From Candidatus Methylomirabilota bacterium (lineage in GTDB: Bacteria; Methylomirabilota; Methylomirabilia; Rokubacteriales; CSP1-6), in contig JBKPAK010000139.1 in assembly GCA_046726415.1 (NCBI GenBank), forward strand, positions 1-15,037: a stretch of 15,037 bases of DNA, read 5' to 3'. Positions within the stretch are counted from its first letter, which is position 1. The number at the start of each line of letters is the position of its first letter. Under the pieces are notes generated by a model. That model did not search any database. It was not told the origin of the DNA and worked only from the letters and a program-made list of their open reading frames with translations. Positions 1 to 6,631 of this stretch are shown piece after piece. Both the position numbers and the translations under genes were made by a program.

Positions 1-78
1 GATGAAAGGTGGTGTGACGCTCTGGATCACGGTCAGCGCGTTGTGTAGCGCCTCGATGCGCTCGGCTGAGACGGGCAT
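1..78 (-). CDS. N-terminus of a probable cupin-domain protein (runs off the left edge)
   Basis: ATG at 78-76 preceded by CAGGAG; reads MPVSAERIEALHNALTVIQSVTPPFI. The 'LTVxQxVxPPFI' stretch resembles the N-terminus of cupins that accompany NmrA/SDR genes. The metal-binding motif would lie outside the window. Confidence 0.5.
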   Translation of the reverse strand, partial: MPVSAERIEALHNALTVIQSVTPPFI

Positions 79-100
79 GGTGGTCTCCTGTCGTGAGGGG

Positions 101-316
101 TCAGGCCGCTGCGCCGCCGCCGTCGGCGTGCAGCGTGGATCCGGTGATGAACCTGGACAGTGCGGCCGCGGCACGCGCGCCACGGTCTGCGTCGCGGCCC
201 GTGATGATCACGCTCGCACCGGCTTGGGCCAGCAGCCGCGCCGTCTCGAAGCCGATGCCCGCCGTGCCGCCCGTGACCAGTGCCGTCTGCCCGGCCAGCT
301 CGGCTGCCGCGCTCAA
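101..316 (-). pseudogene. Classical short-chain dehydrogenase/reductase with a large internal in-frame deletion
   Basis: TTG start overlaps the upstream TGA (TTGA, 316-313). The N-terminal Rossmann motif LAGQTALVTGGTAGIG...GASVIITGRD is joined directly (at about 158/157) to the canonical SDR C-terminus SRFITGSTLHADGG. Only 71 aa; the YxxxK catalytic region is missing. Confidence 0.78.
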
Positions 317-853
317 TGCCGGGCTCCGAGCCAGTCGGCGAACCGGGTGGAGCCGGGTGGCGCCGTCCCCGGTGACCAGGCTGGTCTGCGTGACGGGCGT
401 GCCGAAGTAGGTGGCCGCGGGGTCGACTACGACGGGCTTGTCGACGCCCTGTGCGGCGAGCACGGCGCGGGCCATGTCGGCGAACGACATCTTGTCGGGC
501 CCACCGAAGTCGAGGGTGCCGTCACGGGTTCGGCCGTGGCGGCGCGGGCGACCTCGCCGCCACGTCGACGGCAGCGACCGGTTGGATCAGGGCGTCGGGG
601 GCGCGCACCTCGTCGCCGACGACCAACGAGCCGGTGATCGCCTCGGTGAACTCGTGGAACTGCGTGACGCGCACGATCGTCTACGGCAGACCGGAATCGA
701 CGATCGTCTTCTCCTGCACGACCTTGGCCCTCATGTAGCCACTCTCGGGCAGGCCGTCCACGCCGACGATCGACAGCGCTACGTAGTGCCCCACGCCTGC
801 CGCCCTCGCCGCGGCGACGAGGTTGGCCGACGACGCGGTGAAGAACGCGAGAA
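313..853 (-). pseudogene. Atypical SDR / NmrA-like NAD(P)H-binding protein, 5'-truncated and frameshifted
   Basis: Joining frames gives LAFFTASSANLVAAARAAGVGHYVALSIVGVDGLPESGYMRAKVVQEKTIVDSGLPYTIVRVTQFHEF...PDALIQPVAAVDVA / EVARAATAEP / DGTLDFGGPDKMSFADMARAVL...YFGTPVTQTSLVTG / STRFADWLGARH*. Frameshifts near 556, 524 and 352. The N-terminal Gly-rich NAD-binding motif is absent. Confidence 0.82.
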
Positions 854-908
854 GAGCATAGAGTCTTCCGTCGTTGGTTCTCCGTTTTTTGGAAGAAGTC
901 TTTGGAGT

Positions 909-1187
909 TCACGCCGCCCCAGCGTACTCGTGGGGGAACTCTCGCTCCCTGAGCTTGACCGAAGTGCTCATGATGCGATGACCGAAGTCGGTGACCCGCC
1001 AGCGACGAGAACGTGGGATTTTTGCAACGAGGCCGTAGACGTGGAGCCGGTGCAGGAGGCGGCTGAGCTTGGCACTTTGGCGCCTCGGATCGCCGCTGAG
1101 GCGGATGGCGGTCGCGGCCAGCCTGGCGCGGAGATCGCGATTCGCGAAGCCGTGGACAGCATACTCGCCACTCATGAGCGCGGTGAA
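909..1187 (-). mobile_element. C-terminal winged-helix remnant of a putative transposase-like protein
   Basis: FTALMSGEYAVHGFANRDLRARL...SAKLSRLLHRLHVYGLVAKIPRSRRWRVT matches the 'GF.NRDLR...L.RL..HGL..K.P....Y.VT' C-terminus that I recall from a poorly characterised family of about 500 aa, often labelled MarR-like or hypothetical and behaving like an IS. It is followed by an AT-richer 50-nt tail that abuts the truncated NmrA gene. The family assignment is from memory. Confidence 0.5.
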
Positions 1188-1984
1188 GGGCTGGCAGCTC
1201 CCGGCCCTCGCTGCCAGAAAGGTGAGAACTTCTTGCGCGAAGGGGTCCGGTGCCTCTTTGCCCGGTGCCCTTGGCCTCCGAGCACTACAATTCGGCTATT
1301 GGGCAACAATGCATGAAGGTTCTCCGCGTCGGTTCTCCTGAATGGGGGACTGTCGCCACCGAGGAGAAGCAGCGTGGGTGTCTGCAGGGTGCCAAAGCGC
1401 TTGGGATCGAAGAGGTAGCCGCTCAAAGCTTGCAGTTCACGCGGTATCGTGTGGACGGCCGCGATCCACGCGGCCCACGTCGGCCGCGCTTGGGCGGCGG
1501 CGATCTTCTCGGGCGCCGTCTTGAGTACGTCACGGAGAAAGAGTAGAAGGGCCTGTTCCCGGTCCCCCGCGTCAACCAGATGTCGCATTCGGGAGCTGAA
1601 TTCCGCGGAACCGAACGGCCTCTCCGAGGGTATGACTGGTTCATAGAGTATCAGCCGACGAATGTTGGCGGTCAGGAGAGCGGCTTCTAGGGCACACGTT
1701 CCACCCAGGGAACGGTCGACGACATCCACGGTGCTCCCAATGCCGTCGACAACCGCGGCGACATCCTCCCACTCGCGTTCGAGGGCATACGCGTCGGCGT
1801 CGCCACTGCGCCCCCGCCCGCGCCGATCCATGGCATACACGCTGCCGTGTTGCTGAAGCGCAGGCGACACTGATGTCCAGAGAGTATGGTCATCTGTTGC
1901 CCCGTGCACAAGTACTAGCGGTGTCCCCGAGCCACTGCGCCAATATGCGATGGGCGTGCCGTCTTTTGAGACCACTGTCTTCAT
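1172..1984 (-). pseudogene. Alpha/beta-fold hydrolase, probably degenerate
   Basis: GGAGG RBS; SKDGTPIAY, LVLVHG, MDRRGRGRSGD, PTLLLLGGDS and GQGH motifs. The nucleophile elbow reads DRSLGG instead of GxSxG. After GQGHRA (about 1257) the family-type C-terminus EAPDPFAQEVLTFLA lies in another frame. Confidence 0.8.
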
Positions 1985-2033
1985 GGTGTTCCTCCACTCT
2001 GACAGTGGAGCCGAATACCCACCGACATTTGCA

Positions 2034-2132
2034 GTCGAACGATCAAGCTCACCTGCCGGGGCCGCCTGAGTGAGCTACGAACCCGGCAAAACCGGAATGA
2101 CGGCCGCGGTCAGGTGCAGCGGCTGGTTCGGC
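2034..2132 (-). other. attC: Integron attC-type recombination site (99 bp)
   Basis: Minus strand: R'' GCCGAAC - 5 nt CAGCC - L'' GCTGCACC (8 nt) - TGACCGCGGCCG...CGGCCCCGGCA - L' GGTGAGC (7 nt) - 6 nt TTGATC - R' GTTCGAC. The arms pair with two extrahelical bases (positions 2117 and 2110). It lies 28 nt after a stop codon and 49 nt before the next ATG on the same strand. Confidence 0.8.
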
Positions 2133-2160
2133 GCAGCCACGCACACCCGTGAAAACCCTT

Positions 2161-3069
2161 TCATTGGTCCAACCATTGCAGCCGACGGGGCGTGAAGTTC
2201 AGAGTCTCTTTCGCCTTCCCGTTTGTCGCCCCGCGGAGCTTCGTGCCGTAGTACACGGCATCCTCGCCGCCCCGTTCTCGCCCCTCCTGTTCCGTCACCC
2301 GGGGCGGGGGCGGGGCCCCGACCCACCGCGCGAACGCCGGTAGCCAACGGCTGACCGGGGACGGGTCGTCATCAACGAGATGATATACGCCCGGCGGGGC
2401 CGTCAGGGCGGCGGCCGTTGCGACCGCCGCGTCCTCGATGTGGACCCACGACCAGACCCCTTCACCCGCGCCGATGATCGCGAGTTCCTGCTTCCGCGCT
2501 TGGTCCGCCGCTGCGCCGTCCGGGTTGTACCAAGTTCCCGGCCCGTAGAAGAACCCGTACCGCAGGGCGACCCCTTCGATACCCTCCACGTTCAGCACCC
2601 GCGACTCCAGCTCGGCGTAGGTGCGCGCGCTCGCCGCCACGCGGGGGCTGGCATCGACCGCCAGGCCCTCGGACTCATCGGCCAGCCCGCTACCCGGTTT
2701 GAGGAAGAAGCCGCTGGACTGCTGGATATACCGCCGCACCCCGCACGCCCGCGCGGCGCGGTGGAGGTTCCCACCGCCTTCGAGGCGCAACTTCCGGTCT
2801 CCGGCCGCGGCGGCGGCCATTTCCGACGGGTGCCGGGGCAACGCCGTCAACTCGTCGATGACGACTTGCGCCCGTGACTCCTGAAGCGCCCGTTGCAGTG
2901 CCGGTGCGTCGAACGCGCTCACCTGGGCGACGGCCGCGCCGAGGCCCGTGATGACCCGTGCCCCGGCGTCGGAGTTGGTCATGCCTGTTACGGCGTGACC
3001 GTTACGGACCAACTCGGCGAGGAGCGGGCGGCCGATCGCCCCACTCGCCCCCGCGACGAAGATGTTCAT
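2161..3069 (-). CDS. NAD-dependent epimerase/dehydratase family protein (atypical SDR)
   Basis: 302 aa; IFVAGASGAIG Rossmann motif, LRYGFFYGPG, WSWVHIEDAA, YHLVDDDP; AGGAG RBS; intact. Confidence 0.92.
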   Translation of the reverse strand: MNIFVAGASGAIGRPLLAELVRNGHAVTGMTNSDAGARVITGLGAAVAQVSAFDAPALQRALQESRAQVVIDELTALPRHPSEMAAAAAGDRKLRLEGGGNLHRAARACGVRRYIQQSSGFFLKPGSGLADESEGLAVDASPRVAASARTYAELESRVLNVEGIEGVALRYGFFYGPGTWYNPDGAAADQARKQELAIIGAGEGVWSWVHIEDAAVATAAALTAPPGVYHLVDDDPSPVSRWLPAFARWVGAPPPPRVTEQEGRERGGEDAVYYGTKLRGATNGKAKETLNFTPRRLQWLDQ

Positions 3070-3103
3070 GTCGGTCTCCTAAGGTGTTACGGTCTCGTCG
3101 GGG

Positions 3104-3526
3104 TTACTTTTTCTTCGGCTCGGGAATGGTCACCTGCTTGGCGTCCCGCGGGTGCAGTATGACGGCCAGGACGCGGGTCTTGCCCTTCGCGGCCGGGTTC
3201 TTCGCCACCCGGTGTAGGCTCCCGGTCGGCTCGTAGAACGTCTCACCCACTTTGAGCACTTTCGCGGGCTGGTCGTCGATGGCCCACTCGAACGCGCCCT
3301 CCAGAACGTAGCCGAACGCCGGGCCGGCGTGGCGGTGCGGCACGTCCGCCTGGCCGGCTTCCAGCGTCACCTCCTGGAATGTCGCCTTCGCCTCCTTGCC
3401 GTCCAGCTTCTCGACGATGTCCCGCGCGGCGAGGGTCGTCACCTTCACACCCTCGTGTTGGGTCGCAGTCACACCGGCGACTCCCAAACCGATGCCAGCC
3501 GCGAGCGTCACCAGGGTCCGGATCAT
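3104..3526 (-). CDS. Cupin-domain protein with N-terminal signal/anchor
   Basis: 140 aa; hydrophobic leader, cupin motif 1 PHRHAGPAFGYVLEG and motif 2 GETFYEPTGSLH; GGAGG RBS. Confidence 0.9.
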   Translation of the reverse strand: MIRTLVTLAAGIGLGVAGVTATQHEGVKVTTLAARDIVEKLDGKEAKATFQEVTLEAGQADVPHRHAGPAFGYVLEGAFEWAIDDQPAKVLKVGETFYEPTGSLHRVAKNPAAKGKTRVLAVILHPRDAKQVTIPEPKKK

Positions 3527-3592
3527 GGCTTATCCTCCAAATAGGAGAGTGGGAAACTGTGCGGGCCATAGATGGGTTCGGCGTACTCGTCA

Positions 3593-3744
3593 TCAGCCGG
3601 CACCGTCTTCCGGCAGGGCCGCGAGGCAGGCGCGGAACTCCTCGGCACTTCCGGGCACACTTCGAGGTGTTCGGGCCCCCGCCGGAGCGGCTCCGGGACG
3701 GGCTGGCGGGCGGCGACAAGCTCGGCGTAGCGCGGCGCGTGCCC
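3593..3744 (-). pseudogene. Remnant of a small zinc-binding anti-sigma-like (zf-HC2/ZAS) protein
   Basis: GHAPRYAELVAARQPVPEPLRRGPEHLEVCPE is followed in the adjacent frame by AEEFRACLAALPEDGAG*. Restoring one T (GAA[T]GT GCC, about 3648) gives HLEVCPEC = HxxxCxxC. No credible start codon. Confidence 0.6.
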
Positions 3745-3970
3745 GTAGCCGCCTGGGCGAGGCGGTGTTGCGTGGGACAGGTGGACCGATGGTGAAGTCA
3801 GAGCCGTTGTAGTCCGCATCCGTACAACCGCCATTGGAGTTGACCCGGTTTGGGAGACGGTGCACTGCTAGCGATTTCACGCCGTGCCCACCATGTGACG
3901 GTGCTGCTGCTCGTAGCGGACGGGCGAGTCGTACGCGAGAGCCGAGTGGCGACGGTGCGGGTTCTAAGCC

Positions 3971-4132
3971 ATGACGGACCTCAAGCGAGAGAACCGGCGC
4001 CTGCGAGGCGAGCTGGCCCGCGCCCGCGAGGATATCGCCGATCTGCAGGCGCGTTTGGCCTACGCGCTTCAGAAGATTCGCGAGCTGAGTACGCGCATTC
4101 CTCGACGGGAACCATACTCGACCCAGTCGTGA
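3971..4132 (+). CDS. Possible small coiled-coil protein (53 aa; not in the ORF track)
   Basis: MTDLKRENRRLRGELARAREDIADLQARLAYALQKIRELSTRIPRREPYSTQS*; regular heptads (L4/L11/A18/L25/A32/L39 and N8/L15/I22/L29/I36). No clear RBS. Confidence 0.4.
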   Translation: MTDLKRENRRLRGELARAREDIADLQARLAYALQKIRELSTRIPRREPYSTQS

Positions 4133-4396
4133 GCGGCGCGCTCGAGCGCTCCGCGCGTGGAAGGAGCGATGCCAGTGTCTGTCCGAACGTCACGAGCGCG
4201 GACGGAACGGTACTACCGACCACGGATGTGCGGCACCAGGCACACATCGGATCGGCGGCGGCCTTCATTTTGCGGCGCATCTCTCCGCAGTTCTTCGGTA
4301 GATTCATGGGGCGCCCGCTGGGGCTCCATCGCCTTCGCCCAGTCACCTGGTGGGCGCGCTAGTCGCTAGTCGCACTCCACTAAAGGAGGACAGGTC

Positions 4397-4906
4397 ATGA
4401 GCGATGTGTGGCGCTTGAGGTTGGTCTCGCTCGTCGCACTCCTGCTGCTTTTCATAATGCCGGGCCTCGCGGTCGCTGGATGGCGAGTGCTTCCCGCGAC
4501 CGGGTTTGTCGCCGACCCACTCCATATCCGTCTGATTCACACGATCGGTGGGCTGTGGATCAGAACCGATCAGAACGGCGACCAGTTTCTTGTCCACCAG
4601 GGGGTCCCGATCGTCCTAGGCGATGTCATCGATGCCATGGCCGTCTGCTACCGCGCCGACCCGGGGACGTGGATCACCGCCATTGGACTCGTGGAGTTTC
4701 TCGGCGTGGGGGACAGCACCGGCAAAAGCCGACACTTCGACCGTACGGACCTGAAAAGCCCGACTGACAGCCGAGGACACCGCCGCCAGACTCGAGCGCC
4801 TGGCGGCCACGTTGAGACGCGCCTGATCGGTGCCAAGGTGGCCGATCGAGGCTTTGTTCGTGCAGGAGGTCGCAGTATGAACGGCGGTACCCAAAGCGCT
4901 GGATGA
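4397..4906 (+). CDS. Secreted hypothetical protein; C-terminus after about 4770 probably not native
   Basis: Strong RBS TAAAGGAGG; Sec-type signal peptide (WRLRLVSLVALLLLFIMPGLAVA|G). Protein-like sequence runs to DLKSPTDS, then an Arg/Gly-rich tail runs into the IS91 fragment. Confidence 0.62.
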   Translation: MSDVWRLRLVSLVALLLLFIMPGLAVAGWRVLPATGFVADPLHIRLIHTIGGLWIRTDQNGDQFLVHQGVPIVLGDVIDAMAVCYRADPGTWITAIGLVEFLGVGDSTGKSRHFDRTDLKSPTDSRGHRRQTRAPGGHVETRLIGAKVADRGFVRAGGRSMNGGTQSAG

Positions 4907-5108
4907 CTGTGACCGCCCCGCATTGGCCATCGCGAAGCCCCTCGCTCGCCGCCCTTCGCCGCCGCCAGCCGAAGACGACCTGGATGAAGACCGCGAGCAC
5001 GTCGCGGCACAGCGCAGCGTCGAAGGCGAGCTGGTAGCGTAGGGACCACGGCAGCGAGAGGACCCACTGGCGCACCGGGGGGACGTCCGGGATCACCCGG
5101 TCGACCAG
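4890..5108 (-). mobile_element. Internal fragment of an IS91-family (HUH, rolling-circle) transposase
   Basis: LVDRVIPDVPPVRQWVLSLPWSLRYQLA...GAVTVIQRFG is the characteristic IS91/ISCR-type segment. It stops just before the expected LNxHxH (HUH) motif and lacks the upstream Zn-binding cysteines. Confidence 0.85.
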
Positions 5109-5376
5109 GAAGGTCATCCTGCCCGCCTCGCTTCCACACCTGTTCAGCGGCCTTCGGGTGAGCCTGCCCGTGGCGCTCATCACCGCCTTCACGGCGGAGA
5201 TGGTGGCCGGCGGCGGCGTGGGCGCCGCGCTCATGTTCGCGCAGCGCTTCTTCGAGACGCCGACGGTCTTCGTCTACCTGTTGGTGATGCTCCTCACCGG
5301 ATTCGTGCTCGACAAGGTGCTCCTCGTGGCTCGCGCCCGCGCCGTACGCTGGCACGAAGAGGCGGCCGAGGAATAA
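5107..5376 (+). pseudogene. 3' fragment of a NitT/TauT/SsuC-type ABC transporter permease
   Basis: RKVILPASLPHLFSGLRVSLPVALITAFTAEMVAGGGVGAALMFAQRFFETPTVFVYLL...RW: the region following the EAA loop of TauC/SsuC permeases. The 5' part is missing. Confidence 0.85.
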
Positions 5377-5402
5377 CCGCCCCATTCCTCGTCGTCAACG
5401 CG

Positions 5403-6593
5403 TCACAGGCGCGGGTCGAGGGACGGCAACCCGAACTGGATCCGGCCGGCATTCACCGCCTGGATGTCCCAGGCCATGGTGATCTGCGAGACCGCGGCGT
5501 GGATGTCGCGCCAGGCGAGCTGGAAGAGGCTGTCCTGGTTGAGACCGCGCGCGCCGACCAGCGGATGCAGCCGCTCGACGGCCCGGAGACAGAGCTGTCC
5601 CGCGAAGGCATTGTTGCGCCGCCAGCGAGCACGCAGCGCGAGGGAGGGCGCCTCCTCGGTCGCGGCGATCCTCATCGCGTCCTCGCAGTCCTTGAGGAGT
5701 ACCGCGTGGGCGCAGTCGATCTCCGCCCCCGCCTCGGCGACGTGGACCTGGACGGTGGCCAGCTCGGACATCTTGACACCGCCGACCGAGAGGCGGGTCT
5801 GCATCTCCGCCTCGATCAGCTCCAGCGCCCCGCGCGCGATGCCGAGCGCGGGGCCGGAGAACACCTTGGTCCCGACGGACCAGGGCGGCACCCTGTAGAG
5901 CGGGTTTGCGTTCACCGCGCTGCCGGGCGCCGGTCCGCCCGCGATCAGCTGAGTGTTGAGCACCCGGTGCTCGGGGACGAAGACGTCCTTGAGCACGATC
6001 GACTTGCTGGCGGTCCCGGAGAGTCCGGTCACGAACCAGTCGTCCTCGATCGTGAAATCGGTCTTCGGCACCAGCACGAAGCGGTGGTCGGGCGGCCCCT
6101 GCTCCCTGGGAATGAACACCTGAAGGTTCTCCCAGTCCGCGAAGTCGATGCCGCTGGCGAAGCTCCAGGTGCCGCTGAGCACGAGCCCCCCGTCAACCCG
6201 GCGCCCCGTGCCACCTTTGACGGAGAAAGACGAGGCGCCCAGCGCATCGGGATTCCGGCCCCAGACGTCGTCCTGCGCCGCCGGCTGGTGCATGCCGATG
6301 ATCCAGCTCTGCACGGCGAGGTTGGTGAAGATCCAGGCGCTCGACCCGCATCCACGGCCGAGCTCGGCGGCCACCTCGACCATCATGCCGATCGGCATCT
6401 CGTAGCCACCGTAGCGAGCCGGCTGGAATAGCCGGTAGAAGCCCGCCGCCTCGAAGGCGCGATGGGTCTCGACCGGGATGGTGCGGTTTCGATCAGCCTG
6501 AAGGGCTCTCTCGCGGAGCACGGGGACCATGGCCCGCGCCCGCTGGAGAGTCCCCTCCCGGCTCGGAGTTTTTGGTGCGTCGATCCCGGCCAT
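5403..6593 (-). CDS. Acyl-CoA-dehydrogenase-fold flavin-dependent monooxygenase, oxygenase subunit (group D; HsaA/C2-HpaH/DszC-like)
   Basis: 396 aa; QPARYGGYE, LGRGCGSSAW, LSGTWSFASGID, DDWFVTGLSGTASK, WRDIHA motifs; GGAG RBS; intact. Confidence 0.92.
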   Translation of the reverse strand: MAGIDAPKTPSREGTLQRARAMVPVLRERALQADRNRTIPVETHRAFEAAGFYRLFQPARYGGYEMPIGMMVEVAAELGRGCGSSAWIFTNLAVQSWIIGMHQPAAQDDVWGRNPDALGASSFSVKGGTGRRVDGGLVLSGTWSFASGIDFADWENLQVFIPREQGPPDHRFVLVPKTDFTIEDDWFVTGLSGTASKSIVLKDVFVPEHRVLNTQLIAGGPAPGSAVNANPLYRVPPWSVGTKVFSGPALGIARGALELIEAEMQTRLSVGGVKMSELATVQVHVAEAGAEIDCAHAVLLKDCEDAMRIAATEEAPSLALRARWRRNNAFAGQLCLRAVERLHPLVGARGLNQDSLFQLAWRDIHAAVSQITMAWDIQAVNAGRIQFGLPSLDPRL

Positions 6594-6631
6594 GGTTCAT
6601 CTCCACGCTGACGACGAGGGATTCCGGCGGG

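Noticed and set aside
2168-2187. GTCCAAC-CATTGCAGCCGAC resembling a second attC start
   Set aside because: It is the antisense of the epimerase C-terminal codons (RRLQWLD), lacks the 5-nt spacer and has no partner arm.
2075-2347. 90-aa ORF ending PNQPLHLTAA...
   Set aside because: Off-frame overlap of the epimerase running into the attC; PNQPLHLT is simply the translation of R''-L''.
3806-3845. GTTGTA-N11-TACAAC dyad and the attC-like half GTACAAC-CGCC-ATTGGAGT-TGAC
   Set aside because: The spacer is the wrong length and I found no complementary L'/R' arm; a 6-bp dyad alone is too weak.
3850-4362. Overlapping 170-aa (+) and 121-aa (-, contains CAWC) ORFs
   Set aside because: No RBS, no family motif and no second Cys pair; I cannot choose either as a real gene.
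4358-4373. Tandem GCTAGTC-GCTAGTC-GC
   Set aside because: Two copies of a 7-mer; too short to show a target duplication or array.
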